52,089 nucleotides of DNA from IMG/VR virus record IMGVR_UViG_3300041407_000207, positions 1 to 52,089 of that record. The stretch is one strand, 5' to 3'. The notes beneath the pieces were generated by a model, which was not told the origin of the DNA, ran no database searches, and saw nothing but the letters and a program-made list of their open reading frames with translations. Positions 27,435-37,083 of the stretch are shown here, piece by piece (within the stretch, counting starts at the first letter, position 1; each line of letters starts with the position of its first letter). Both the position numbers and the translations under genes were made by a program. This stretch comes from a virus. Its lineage: Duplodnaviria > Heunggongvirae > Uroviricota > Caudoviricetes.

Positions 27435-28131
27435 CTATCGGGAGATTCTTCTACGTAAAGAGCAGCAGGGTGAGGATGAGCTAGTTGATGACATCCTCAG
27501 CAATCCCACCGGATATAACGGGCTGCTCTTTCAGAAGGTCAAACCGTTAAACGAAAATGATATGAAACGGCATTATGTCGAAGCCTGCTTACTAGCCTCC
27601 AAGGATTTCAAGGAGATTGGTAGGATACTTGACATCGATGAAGAGTTGATAGAATTCTACTCTAAAATATATTACATCACTGACGACATGGATCGTTTGG
27701 ACAAAGTTCAAATGGCCAACGTCAGAAACAAAGATGAAAGTACCCTTAAACTTTGGGGTCTCACGGAAGGACTTGGATTCTTAGCCTGGAGGCTTGGTAA
27801 ACGGACTGATGTAACTCCTCCCCTGGACGGGTTGAAGCAGTTATTTGATACCTGCCTTTTCAAGGCTAAAGAAGCATTCTTCAACAACAGTGCATCGAAG
27901 GCTAGTCAAGAAAGTACAAAATGGGTGAAATTGTCTATGGACGTAGCCCGTCTCTTGAAAGCTTGGTCTACTGATAGTAATGAAGCTCAGAAGGAACTGG
28001 AAATCAGGGTTAAGGAAGTTGTTGCTACATTCCCTACAGTAAGTCAGTTTGCAGATTTGTTTGAAGACGTGAAGAAGAAACAGGCAGAGGTAGAACTACC
28101 TATCCAAAGTGAAGAAGAGATCTCGGACTAA
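27418..28131 (+). CDS. hypothetical protein with HTH-like segment
   Basis: FKEIGRILDIDEELIEFY resembles an HTH; small-terminase-like role is only a guess. Confidence 0.55.
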   Translation: MSKRHNYREILLRKEQQGEDELVDDILSNPTGYNGLLFQKVKPLNENDMKRHYVEACLLASKDFKEIGRILDIDEELIEFYSKIYYITDDMDRLDKVQMANVRNKDESTLKLWGLTEGLGFLAWRLGKRTDVTPPLDGLKQLFDTCLFKAKEAFFNNSASKASQESTKWVKLSMDVARLLKAWSTDSNEAQKELEIRVKEVVATFPTVSQFADLFEDVKKKQAEVELPIQSEEEISD

Positions 28132-28133
28132 CT

Positions 28134-29087
28134 ATGCAATTTGATCAAGACACTATCAAGGACCTTGCGGTTTACGCCGTACAGCAGTTCGTTTCGAACC
28201 AGGTTCCTCTCAACGAATCCATCGCTGAAAAGGCGAGGGGGTTGCAGCTGAACGAAGACCAGGTTCGCCGGGTAGTCGAGTCAACCAACGTCATAGCTTT
28301 TCTGAAACTTCGAGAAGGCGCAGAGGATAAAACCTTTGAATTCGAAGTTGCCAGTTTCCCAGGAGTAATGGACTGCCTGATGGGTCATTCGACCAATCGT
28401 GGGTATGTTGACCTTACCCCTGAAGAACCTGTTCTTGAAAAAGCTGCTTTCGATACCTCCTACGAAGTTCCAGTAGACCAATCCCACCAAACCCTTTTCA
28501 AAGCACATCAACATGTTCGAGCTCAGTTGGAAAAGACTGCTCAAGAACATTACAACTGTGTTTCTGATCTGGAGAGATTCGTCCCAATCCTCGTTAAGCA
28601 GGCTAACTGGCAGGAACGTCTGGAGCATGTCTCTGGTAGTGACTTCAATCGAATTATGACTGCCTTTGGCAAAAGTGGTTTTGAGAAATCTGCTAGTACC
28701 CAGAATCTAGTCTTTGTAGGCAAAGAACTCGAAGTAGCCAGCCATGTTGTATCCCTGATTAAACAAGCAGCCGAACTCCAAACTGAGCGTGCTAACTTGG
28801 AAACCATGGAGAAAAAAGCCCTTCTGGGCCTGGGAAAGTTGCTGGGCGCAGCTAAGTTCTTCGCGAAAGATCCAATCGCAGGAGTAGCTGCCGCAGTAAC
28901 CGCAGTGCCAGCAATGGCTGCGGGTGCAGGTATTAAAGCCGGTAAGATTGCAGGCAGATCGTTTAAGAAATCTGCCATCGGTATTGGCGCTTTGGCTACC
29001 GCTGGTGTTTCGGCAGCATCCTATACGCCAAAGATCAACAATAGAACAGGCCGTCCTAATGACGTCCTTAACAACATTTACAATTAA
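28134..29087 (+). CDS. putative prohead core / internal protein
   Basis: Six hydrophobic-x-K-x-A motifs, basic Gly-rich C-terminus, lies in the head cluster. Confidence 0.55.
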   Translation: MQFDQDTIKDLAVYAVQQFVSNQVPLNESIAEKARGLQLNEDQVRRVVESTNVIAFLKLREGAEDKTFEFEVASFPGVMDCLMGHSTNRGYVDLTPEEPVLEKAAFDTSYEVPVDQSHQTLFKAHQHVRAQLEKTAQEHYNCVSDLERFVPILVKQANWQERLEHVSGSDFNRIMTAFGKSGFEKSASTQNLVFVGKELEVASHVVSLIKQAAELQTERANLETMEKKALLGLGKLLGAAKFFAKDPIAGVAAAVTAVPAMAAGAGIKAGKIAGRSFKKSAIGIGALATAGVSAASYTPKINNRTGRPNDVLNNIYN

Positions 29088-29642
29088 ATGAGGAACACCC
29101 CGATGGATGTCAATCAACTCCGCGAAGAAGCCATTGAAAAAATGGGTTTCACCAATGAACAAGCGGATGCCTTTGTAGAAGGTTTTATCAAAGAAGCAGC
29201 CGCAGCAGGCCCTGCCGGAGCACCTGCAAAAGAACCTTGGTCTGCAACTACCTCAATGACTCACGGGATCGTGGATAACTTCGCTCGAAACATCGGTGGT
29301 GGCCTCGGTAATCTGGCAGTCAACTCCCTAGTTGGTGGCGTTGCGGGTCTGGTAGGTTCTGCTCGTAGTTCTTTGCTGCATCGTAACTTCACTGAATCTC
29401 TGAAGACCGTAATCGAGTCCAACCGTATCGTTCGAAACGCAGACCGTAACAAAGTCATGTCGTATGCAGATACCATCTTCCGCTTTGCCCCACACGTCGC
29501 CTCAGATGTGAACTTGCTGAGCCAACTGCTTTCGAACTCTATTCACGGTGAAGGCGTAGACCCTACTACTATCGAAACCATTACCCGTCTAGAAGAACGT
29601 CTGGGCAAAGACACCTCGTTCAAACCTAAGAATCTGACTTAA
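29088..29642 (+). CDS. putative internal head protein with glycine-zipper helix
   Basis: FIKEAAA motif; GGGLGNLAVNSLVGGVAGLVG. Confidence 0.5.
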   Translation: MRNTPMDVNQLREEAIEKMGFTNEQADAFVEGFIKEAAAAGPAGAPAKEPWSATTSMTHGIVDNFARNIGGGLGNLAVNSLVGGVAGLVGSARSSLLHRNFTESLKTVIESNRIVRNADRNKVMSYADTIFRFAPHVASDVNLLSQLLSNSIHGEGVDPTTIETITRLEERLGKDTSFKPKNLT

Positions 29643-29651
29643 GGTATTGGG

Positions 29652-31232
29652 ATGTACAAACTCATTGATAGCAGTTCGTTCTTCGATCAGGAAGATCTCC
29701 AGATAACCATCTTGAGCGGGCCCGGTTTTACCGACGGGCTCGTTAAAGCTGCTGCCGATGAACGAGTGAAGTCCTATGTAATGGACAGCCTCAAGCTTCA
29801 ACCTGGAAAAATGTATCTCCACATCAACGCCATGGGCGCTGGTGAATTCTACGGCCCAAACCGTAACGGAGATTATTTCCCAGAAGAAATTCTCAAAAGA
29901 TATTACAAGACTTTTGAAACCTCTCCAGCCCATGTATTCCGTCATCACGTAAACAAAGATCCAAACCGAGCAATCGGCAAAGTAATCTTTGCTCTTTACA
30001 ATGATCGTATGCACCGAGTTGAATTGGTTGCAGAAGTAGATCGTAACCTAGGTTCGGACGTCGAAGAAAGAATTGCGCAAGGTGACTTCCCCGCAACATC
30101 CATGGCATGTAAAACACCCTACGATGTTTGCTCTATCTGCAATAACAAAGCCCACACCCGTCAAGAGTACTGCGTTCACCTCAAGCAGCATCTCGGCAGA
30201 CAAATGCCGGATGGCAGACGAGTCATGGCGATCAACTCCGGTCCGCTTCGTTTCTTCGACATCAGTATCGTAGTTAAACCTGCGGACATCACAAGTTCTA
30301 TTCTTCAGAAAGTTGCCAGTGAACTTGATCCGGTAATTTCTTCAGCGCTTCTTGCAGAAGAGGAAGGTCTTGAGTATGGCAATGATCGTGAGAAGTCTGC
30401 CTCTATCGCTAAAGTCTCTGAGTTGATCAAGGAGATCGAAGGTTACGTACAAGGTACTGACACTCACATGGAAGGGATCCTCTCTCAGATCAAAGATCCT
30501 GAGGTTGAGGACATCAAGAAACTTGAGAGCGTACCTCTGGAAGAGTTGTTCCAGACCTTCGGAGAGCTTGGGATCAGTCCTAGTTTGAAATTCCTGGCAG
30601 AGATCATTGCCCATAGAATGGGTCATGGCACTCCGGGTATCGGACGTAAAGTGATTGAAACTCTTAACTCTTCAGAGCTTTCTGGCGTTAAGATTCCTGT
30701 AGTAGAAATGGAATCTGAGAGAGAAGTTAATCCTATGGTTAAACAAGCTTTGGCCAGATACCAAGGATCATCTTCATTTTTCCCGGAATTCATTGAGAAA
30801 CGAGCTTCGGTAGGGTATGCAGGTATGGGCCCTAAGATCGAGATGAATGAGCAAGAGATTCGCAGAGATGAACGTATGCGAATGGAAGCTCAAAGCCACA
30901 GCATCATTGATCATGTAAAAGAGCATCCTATTTCGGTACTATTGACTATCGGTGGAGCAGCTCTGTGGGCCAAGGCCTACATCAACTCTATAATTGAGAA
31001 ACGACTTGCAGCGATGCAGCCTAGGTCTCAATCCGTTATCGTCAAAATGGCAGGGATGTCGGCAGGGAAGGAAATGTCTTATGAAGACAAAGTTAGAACT
31101 GCTCAGTTGAAAGCTCTATCGAAAACGGTATCTTCACTGCAAGCTCCTAGTGGTGGTAATGCTAAGCTGACGGTTGCTTTAAAAGTCCTTGCCGCAGCTC
31201 ACAATCAAATCACTAAAGGCTCTGCGAGTTAA
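29652..31232 (+). CDS. prohead (capsid maturation) protease with long C-terminal extension
   Basis: NRNGDYF, FRHHVNKD (His), IGKV, RVELV, TSMAC (Ser) in HK97/T4 gp21-type order; CSIC...C.H zinc motif; upstream of scaffold and MCP genes. Confidence 0.8.
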   Translation: MYKLIDSSSFFDQEDLQITILSGPGFTDGLVKAAADERVKSYVMDSLKLQPGKMYLHINAMGAGEFYGPNRNGDYFPEEILKRYYKTFETSPAHVFRHHVNKDPNRAIGKVIFALYNDRMHRVELVAEVDRNLGSDVEERIAQGDFPATSMACKTPYDVCSICNNKAHTRQEYCVHLKQHLGRQMPDGRRVMAINSGPLRFFDISIVVKPADITSSILQKVASELDPVISSALLAEEEGLEYGNDREKSASIAKVSELIKEIEGYVQGTDTHMEGILSQIKDPEVEDIKKLESVPLEELFQTFGELGISPSLKFLAEIIAHRMGHGTPGIGRKVIETLNSSELSGVKIPVVEMESEREVNPMVKQALARYQGSSSFFPEFIEKRASVGYAGMGPKIEMNEQEIRRDERMRMEAQSHSIIDHVKEHPISVLLTIGGAALWAKAYINSIIEKRLAAMQPRSQSVIVKMAGMSAGKEMSYEDKVRTAQLKALSKTVSSLQAPSGGNAKLTVALKVLAAAHNQITKGSAS

Positions 31233-31306
31233 ACTAGAAATCAGTAGCAGGCAACTGGCCTGTTTAACTAAGCCCATTACTACGGGTTAAGAAACGAGGA
31301 ATTACA

Positions 31307-32356
31307 ATGAGTTTTGATATCAACGAGCTAATCAACAACCTCTCCGCAGGAGAAGGGGTTGAGAAGCAGGCCAGTGAAGCAGAGGTTATCGCAGCTCCAA
31401 CTGTTGCTGATGACCTGCGTGCAGTCCTGATGACTAAGTCTGCCTCCACTATTCAGGAAGAAGCTAGTGATCTTGGCCGTCAACTGGCACGTCGCATCAT
31501 GGAGAAAGCAGCTTCTGAAAATCCAGTAGTAACTGAAGTGGTTGTCGGAGATAATCTCTCTGCTCTTACTGCCTCGGTAGAAGCTACTTTGATCAAAGAA
31601 GCCGAAGCTGTCTCCCCTCAGCCTAACGTTGCTAATACTGACAACGCTGCTCTGGCAGCCGCTCAGGATCAAGTAAACCACGTTGCTGAGCAGAGTGGCG
31701 GTACCGTAGAAGCACAAACCGTCGAGACTATTCAAAAAGGTCTTGCCACCCCATCCGCAACTGCATCGAGTGAAGATCTTGTGCGTAAAGTAGAAGACAA
31801 AGCTGAAGATTCGAATATGCAAAAAGCCGCTGCCGTAAGTGCATTGGTTGAGCAAGGCCATTCGTTTTACGACGCTGCTGACCTAGTAGCCGTAGCCGAC
31901 GGAGAGCTTCAAAAAGAAGCTGCGTTCACTGAGCTGACTGCCGAAGGTTATTCGTTTGACGAAGCTACTTCCCTGATTAAAGCCGCCTGCGATACCTTCG
32001 TAGAGCCAGAAGAAGAAATCACCAAAGAAGCTGCCATGGCAGATCTTCTGAGTCAAGGTGTTGCTTTTAGCGATGCGGTTAACATGATTAAAGAAGCTGC
32101 TCTGAGTGATGTTATCAAAGGTGCTGCTTCTAAACTTGGTACTGCTGCAGGCAAGGCTTCGAAGTCCGCCGGTAGCGCAGTTAAGAACGCCACCAAGAAA
32201 CAATCTGCAATCGGAGGTGCGGCTGCAGGTACGGTAGTAGGTGGCTCCCTTGGTGCTGCTACTAATAAAAAATCAATGACCAAAGAAGCTGCTCTGAAAG
32301 AGTTGATGGATTCTGGTTATACCTTTACCCAAGCCCTGGAAGCCATCCAGGCCTAA
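31307..32356 (+). CDS. putative scaffolding protein with repeated helical modules
   Basis: Ala/Glu-rich; four K-x-AA...G.sF.dA repeats; between protease and MCP. Confidence 0.6.
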   Translation: MSFDINELINNLSAGEGVEKQASEAEVIAAPTVADDLRAVLMTKSASTIQEEASDLGRQLARRIMEKAASENPVVTEVVVGDNLSALTASVEATLIKEAEAVSPQPNVANTDNAALAAAQDQVNHVAEQSGGTVEAQTVETIQKGLATPSATASSEDLVRKVEDKAEDSNMQKAAAVSALVEQGHSFYDAADLVAVADGELQKEAAFTELTAEGYSFDEATSLIKAACDTFVEPEEEITKEAAMADLLSQGVAFSDAVNMIKEAALSDVIKGAASKLGTAAGKASKSAGSAVKNATKKQSAIGGAAAGTVVGGSLGAATNKKSMTKEAALKELMDSGYTFTQALEAIQA

Positions 32357-32371
32357 TCTGAGAGAGACAAA

Positions 32372-32785
32372 ATGTCGAACGAACTGATGAACACCATTCG
32401 CGGTATGATTAAAGAAGCTGAAGCAGTAGCTCCTCAACCACATATCGCTAACGAGCAGAACGCAGCTATGGCTGGCGAACAACAAGCAATCAACGCTGCT
32501 GCCCTGCAGAGTGGTGGTACTGTTGAAGCTCAACAACTGGAAAGCCTGAAGAAAGGTCTTGATACCCCTTCGGCACAAGCTTCCGGCGAAGACCAAGTTA
32601 TCGAGCTGCAGAAAGCTGCTGCCCTGACTGGCCTCGTAGCCGGTGGTATGGATTTCTACTCGGCTGTTGACCAAGTTGCCGCCATGGACGTAGAGCTTCA
32701 GAAAGAAGCTGCCTTCAATGAACTGATCAGCGAAGGTCGTACCTTCGAAGAAGCAGTTGCTTTGATTCAAGGCGCTCTGTCGTAA
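32372..32785 (+). CDS. scaffold-like paralogue of 31307..32356
   Basis: Shares EAEAV.PQP..AN..NAA...QSGGTVEAQ..E...KGL.TPSA block and two helical repeats. Confidence 0.65.
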   Translation: MSNELMNTIRGMIKEAEAVAPQPHIANEQNAAMAGEQQAINAAALQSGGTVEAQQLESLKKGLDTPSAQASGEDQVIELQKAAALTGLVAGGMDFYSAVDQVAAMDVELQKEAAFNELISEGRTFEEAVALIQGALS

Positions 32786-32792
32786 TATCACG

Positions 32793-32815
32793 AAGGCCCT
32801 TCGGGGCCTTTTTTT
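32793..32815 (+). terminator. intrinsic terminator
   Basis: AAGGCCC-TTCG-GGGCCTT followed by TTTTT. Confidence 0.8.
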
Positions 32816-32823
32816 GGTGAACC

Positions 32824-33657
32824 ATGCCCAATATTTATTTGGAAAAGATTGCCCTCACTATTGAGGACACTCGTGCTGCTCGTAAATCCGGAGATGCTGC
32901 CGAAAGGAAAGTCCGGTTGAAAGGTGCAGGTATCGGGGCAGCCGTAGGCGGAGTCACCGGTGGTGGCCTTGCATACCATTTCGGTAAAAAGATGATCAAA
33001 GATCCTATCTTCGGACAAGGACTTAGATCTACGGGATTATCCAACAGAAAATTGCAGGCCGCAGTAGCAGGTGCCGGTGTTTTGACAGGTGCGCTCTTCG
33101 GGGCTGCTTCTGGGGATGAACATTCTTACGGCGCTTCTCGTAAGAAAAAAGTAGATGCATATCATGCTCGTATCAATAAGGCTCTTACAAAATCTGCTGC
33201 TGTAACTAAAACTCAAGTTGAAGCTAGAGTTAATCGAAACGATGCTCTTAGAGATGTTTCGAGAGTTGGCGGATTTGTGGCGGGTACGGCAGGAGTAGGC
33301 GGTCTTCACCTACATAAAGCCATGAAGAATGGGGGCGGTTACGCAGCGACGAAAGACGCTATGAGAAACGCGTATCATCGTCGTAAATCAAATCCTGAAA
33401 AGAAAATTGATAAAGGTTCGTTTCTAACAAAGTTAGAAGATATCAAACCTTCGAGAAGCGTTGCTAAACATATCGACCGAAGCGGTATCGCCCGTAAAGT
33501 AGGTAATTCGTTTGGTAGCTCGCTGTCCGGTAAAGGATTGGCAGGTGTCGCCGCAGGAGCACTCCTTGGAAGCTACGCAGCATCAAAAAGCATGACTGCC
33601 AAAAATGATAAGTCAGACGTCAATTACTACTCTAAGCTGAGCAAGAAAAATGGATAA
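32824..33657 (+). CDS. basic glycine-zipper protein with NxYLEKxA leader (putative virion internal protein)
   Basis: MPNIYLEKIA; four Gly-rich hydrophobic segments. Confidence 0.6.
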   Translation: MPNIYLEKIALTIEDTRAARKSGDAAERKVRLKGAGIGAAVGGVTGGGLAYHFGKKMIKDPIFGQGLRSTGLSNRKLQAAVAGAGVLTGALFGAASGDEHSYGASRKKKVDAYHARINKALTKSAAVTKTQVEARVNRNDALRDVSRVGGFVAGTAGVGGLHLHKAMKNGGGYAATKDAMRNAYHRRKSNPEKKIDKGSFLTKLEDIKPSRSVAKHIDRSGIARKVGNSFGSSLSGKGLAGVAAGALLGSYAASKSMTAKNDKSDVNYYSKLSKKNG

Positions 33658-34018
33658 CATCTACTTAGAAAAAATTGCTCAGGATGCTCCTGTAAAGAAG
33701 CAGTCTACATTTCTCCATGCGCTTGGTACTGAGGGCACTGCCATCGGTGTTGGCCTCGGAATGAAAGCAGTTGGATCTAGGTTTGGTGGTGGAAAGTTCG
33801 GTGCTGCTTTGGCTAAATCCAAAGTAGGTAAGTTTGCTTCTAAAGCTTTCTGGGGACAGAAAGATGTTGGCGGCAGAGTTCTTACTGGAGAACTTGGTGA
33901 ATACACCGGCAGTGTTGCTGGGGTATACGGAGCTCTAAAGTTAAAAGAACATTCCGATAACAAAAAAGCGAAGAACGCTTACTTACAAAAAGCCGCGAGC
34001 TTAGTAAAAGCGCATTAA
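33650..34018 (+). CDS. basic glycine-zipper protein with NxYLxKxA motif at both ends
   Basis: MDNIYLEKIA...KNAYLQKAA. Confidence 0.6.
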   Translation: MDNIYLEKIAQDAPVKKQSTFLHALGTEGTAIGVGLGMKAVGSRFGGGKFGAALAKSKVGKFASKAFWGQKDVGGRVLTGELGEYTGSVAGVYGALKLKEHSDNKKAKNAYLQKAASLVKAH

Positions 34019-34021
34019 AAT
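34016..34021 (+). promoter_or_regulatory. class L hexamer TAAAAT overlapping a stop codon
   Basis: Upstream of the 34048-35957 capsid unit. Confidence 0.4.
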
Positions 34022-34047
34022 ACATGCATAGCAGAGGACACACCCAG

Positions 34048-34569
34048 ATGTCTGAAATTTCCCAACTGCTTCGCGATGAAGCGGGGCATATTACCGAACT
34101 ACTTGAAAAGCAGGCAGAGCAGGTTTCTCTCTTTGAGGAAACTAAGTTGTCCGCTGCACAAGCTTTGGTAGAAGCTGGGGTTAGCCCGGAAGAATCGTTG
34201 ATTATGGTTAAACAAGCTGAAGAGCTTCAAGGCCTATCTCCCCTACCGGTGTCTGTAGAACCTCAGTTCGTAGTAACAGTGCTAGAGAAGTCTGCTTCTT
34301 ATATTGAGGAGCTAGAAGGAACTATCGCTGATCTGCAAGCTAAAATCAAAAATAGCGAAGGGTTCAGTAAGGCAGCTGCCGTCTCTGGTCCTGATGCAGA
34401 AAGTCTTCAAAAATCTGGTTTCAGCAATGATGAAGTTAAGATCATGGCGGAACACGGAATTTTGGAAAAGGTGGCCCACCTCACAGGTACTCCCTGGGAA
34501 CCGGGTTACAGCTCAGGCCGCCCAACTGCTGAATCTCTGGACCCGATTGCGCGCTTCTGTTTAGGCTAA
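34048..34569 (+). CDS. putative scaffold/prohead protein
   Basis: Start reassigned to ATG at 34048 behind AGAGGA; five K-x-A motifs; coiled coil; just upstream of decoration and MCP genes. Confidence 0.6.
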   Translation: MSEISQLLRDEAGHITELLEKQAEQVSLFEETKLSAAQALVEAGVSPEESLIMVKQAEELQGLSPLPVSVEPQFVVTVLEKSASYIEELEGTIADLQAKIKNSEGFSKAAAVSGPDAESLQKSGFSNDEVKIMAEHGILEKVAHLTGTPWEPGYSSGRPTAESLDPIARFCLG

Positions 34570-34645
34570 TTTCGGTACCAGCACAATCTTAGTTAGGGGA
34601 GTTAACCTCTAACATAGTAAAAACTCTTTAGGAGAGAACACTAGT

Positions 34646-35059
34646 ATGAAGATGGAATTTGCTTTCGAAGTAATTCGCGGATACCCACAAGATGGCTCCC
34701 TGGATCGCGTCGAACCCATCAAAGCTGGCAGCACCCTTAAAAACGGTGACGTCGTAGCTAAACAAACTGACGGTACCGTTGACCTGGCTGGCGCTACTGC
34801 GACCAACAAAGTTGGTGTCGTCGTCCAAGGTAATGGCGACAGCTCTTCTGCTGCCGCTTCTGGTAAAGCTGTCGTTCTGTGGGGCAACTACATTGCTCGC
34901 GTAGCTTCGACTGCCTACACTGCAGGTGCGTATGTACCGGGCTCCAATGTAACTGGTAAGAGCGGTAAATTTGCTCTTGACGCAGGTACTGATCCGGTTA
35001 TCGGCTTTGTACTGGAAATCGTTGCCGAAGATAACTCACTGATTATCTTGGTTAAATAA
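34646..35059 (+). CDS. capsid decoration/cement protein
   Basis: 137 aa beta-rich (LKNGDVVAKQTDG...GVVVQG...YVPGSNVTGKSGKF...PVIGFVL), immediately upstream of MCP; AGGAG RBS. Confidence 0.7.
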   Translation: MKMEFAFEVIRGYPQDGSLDRVEPIKAGSTLKNGDVVAKQTDGTVDLAGATATNKVGVVVQGNGDSSSAAASGKAVVLWGNYIARVASTAYTAGAYVPGSNVTGKSGKFALDAGTDPVIGFVLEIVAEDNSLIILVK

Positions 35060-35069
35060 GGAGCCGAGC

Positions 35070-35957
35070 ATGTACGGTACTGAAACTACTAACGTTCAAT
35101 TCCTGAACCAGTCCTTCATCGACAAAGTCGACCAAGGTATGGAGAAGGAAGCTTCTGTAGCTGCTAGCGCATTCGTGCGTCAAAAGCTACGTGAAGACGG
35201 TTTTACCCGCAAGATCATGGAACCGCAAATGGTTACCGCCGCTGATCTGGATCGTCAACTTACCGACGAGCCTGCAATCATCGTCGAGAAAGAACCTGAT
35301 TCGGTAGCTGCTTCGATGAGCTTCCGTGGTCGTTCGGAACTTCGTTACTTCAAAGGCGAGCGTTACGCTGTCAACTTCCACAAGATTGAGAGCAAAGAGT
35401 TCAAGAAGTCGAAATTCGAACTGGCTACCTACCGCACCGATATCCGCACCGTTCTGCAAGAGAACAGTGTTAAAGATATCCAGAAGGTAGAAGACACCAG
35501 TTTCTACGCCAACATCTTGGGTATGGCTACTGCTGCAAGCAACGTCTACACCATTGCTGGCGGATTCAACATGCCTAACTTCCAAGCAGGTATCAAAAAA
35601 CTGCTTGCTAAGCAACTGCCTGTTGGTAAGATCCTGATGACTCAGGAAATGTATGCTGACTTCCTGGCTCAGCCTGCTACCCAAATTGGTTCGGACGCAG
35701 CTTCGTCGCTGTTCATGGGCCAAACTGGTATCGCAACTCCGTACGGCAACCAGATCATCGTTACCAACAAGAACGATATCCTGCCGAACAACCAGATGAT
35801 CGTCTTCGCACCTACCCAGTATCTGGGTCAGATGTACATCCTCCAGGATGCGATGGTCTACCTGAAGACTGAAGCTGACCTGCTGTCCTTCAAGACTTAC
35901 GAGTCTGTAGGCATCGGTTTCGGCAACGTCAACGGCGCTGCTGTCATCAACTTCTAA
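35070..35957 (+). CDS. major capsid protein (HK97 fold expected)
   Basis: Position after protease/scaffold/decoration, strong codon bias, AGGAG RBS, strong terminator; N-terminal 28 aa end in MEKEA. Confidence 0.8.
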   Translation: MYGTETTNVQFLNQSFIDKVDQGMEKEASVAASAFVRQKLREDGFTRKIMEPQMVTAADLDRQLTDEPAIIVEKEPDSVAASMSFRGRSELRYFKGERYAVNFHKIESKEFKKSKFELATYRTDIRTVLQENSVKDIQKVEDTSFYANILGMATAASNVYTIAGGFNMPNFQAGIKKLLAKQLPVGKILMTQEMYADFLAQPATQIGSDAASSLFMGQTGIATPYGNQIIVTNKNDILPNNQMIVFAPTQYLGQMYILQDAMVYLKTEADLLSFKTYESVGIGFGNVNGAAVINF

Positions 35958-35991
35958 TTCTAGCCGTCTAGGCAAGATTGAAGATTCAGAG

Positions 35992-36017
35992 AAAGCCCCT
36001 CGTTTGGGGCTTTTTTT
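35992..36017 (+). terminator. intrinsic terminator
   Basis: AAAGCCCC-TCGTTT-GGGGCTTT followed by TTTT. Confidence 0.8.
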
Positions 36018-36037
36018 GTAGCTATAGTTTGTCGGGG

Positions 36038-36043
36038 TAAAAT
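36038..36043 (+). promoter_or_regulatory. class L hexamer TAAAAT, 6 nt before ATG
   Basis: TAAAAT-agaacc-ATG, no RBS. Confidence 0.6.
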
Positions 36044-36049
36044 AGAACC

Positions 36050-36694
36050 ATGTCAAATCCCTATCTCGAAAAAGCTGCTTCACTGTATGACTTCTGGAAT
36101 GACTTTTCCGGCAAGGAACATAACGAGTTAAAGGCTCGGAAGCATCACTTTGAAAAAGCAATTGCCAACAACGACACCGTTGAGGGCTTGGCTAGTCGTA
36201 TTAAGCAGACCGGTGATAGGACCTTTAGAGCTCGAGGAAGAGTAGGCCTGGCCTCTCTGGGACTTGCAGCTGCGGGAATCATCGGTACTAAGAAGTACGC
36301 AGATCATCAAGACCGCATAGCTACGGAAAATCTTCGTAATCTTTTCTTGCTTCAGAAGCAAGCAGGGATTGCAGGAAAGACAGTTTCCGGGTTAAAGTCA
36401 GTGGGTTCAGGTGCTTTGAATATTTTGAACACTGCTCATGGTGGGAAAGTAAAACAGTTCGGCGTGGATACTTTCGGAAAGCATACCCCTAACTTTAAGA
36501 AGTTTGTGGGTTCCAATAAAACAGAACAGAAGAAATTCGTAAAAGGTCCTGAACTGGATAAGCTTAAGAAACTTCACCGCCAACAACGTTTGTCCCAAGT
36601 GGGTGTATACGGATCTGCGGGCAGTCTTACTCTCGCCTACCGTAGCAATAAGAACAAGCAGAACGCGGCTTACCAGCCTCAGTATTACTACTAA
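36050..36694 (+). CDS. basic protein with NPYLEKAA leader (putative virion internal protein)
   Basis: MSNPYLEKAAS; internal LLQKQAG; Lys-rich. Confidence 0.6.
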   Translation: MSNPYLEKAASLYDFWNDFSGKEHNELKARKHHFEKAIANNDTVEGLASRIKQTGDRTFRARGRVGLASLGLAAAGIIGTKKYADHQDRIATENLRNLFLLQKQAGIAGKTVSGLKSVGSGALNILNTAHGGKVKQFGVDTFGKHTPNFKKFVGSNKTEQKKFVKGPELDKLKKLHRQQRLSQVGVYGSAGSLTLAYRSNKNKQNAAYQPQYYY

Positions 36695-36710
36695 TTGAAC
36701 GAGGAAGACA

Positions 36711-37067
36711 ATGTACATTCTTAACCTTACTAACACTACTCTGTCCGTAGGCCAATTCGCCGATATCGCTCCAGGCAAATACCTGAAAGCAGACAAGTAT
36801 ATTTTGGAATCTGCAGAGACCGCATACGCAGTTCGAGCCAAGTGGGCTTCCCTGCATGACTCTCCTCCAAAAGAAATCGTTTTCGCAGGCGAGACTGTCA
36901 ACTTTGAAAAGGCAGCCATCGAAGGCACCACTGAGTTCCCTAAGGATGAACCTAAAGCAGTTCTGCAAGAAGAACCTGCTGCGGTAGAAAAGGAAGAACC
37001 GGCTAAAGAAGTGGAAGCCGTAGAAGAAGTTGAAGCACCTGCTAAAGCCACTCGCAAAGCTAAATAA
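36711..37067 (+). CDS. hypothetical virion protein with Glu/Ala/Pro-rich tail
   Basis: GAGGA RBS; lies between head and neck genes. Confidence 0.65.
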   Translation: MYILNLTNTTLSVGQFADIAPGKYLKADKYILESAETAYAVRAKWASLHDSPPKEIVFAGETVNFEKAAIEGTTEFPKDEPKAVLQEEPAAVEKEEPAKEVEAVEEVEAPAKATRKAK

Positions 37068-37083
37068 ACCTGAAGGATAAGAG

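Noticed and set aside
27418-28131. Small terminase subunit call
   Set aside because: Only an HTH-like segment and position support it; no large terminase in the window, so it is left as hypothetical
35187-36161. 324 aa minus-strand ORF, and similar shadow ORFs (2915..3784, 40390..41169, 16869..17465, 36407..37057 and others)
   Set aside because: Antisense to well-supported genes with strong codon bias; no RBS, promoter motif or recognisable domain
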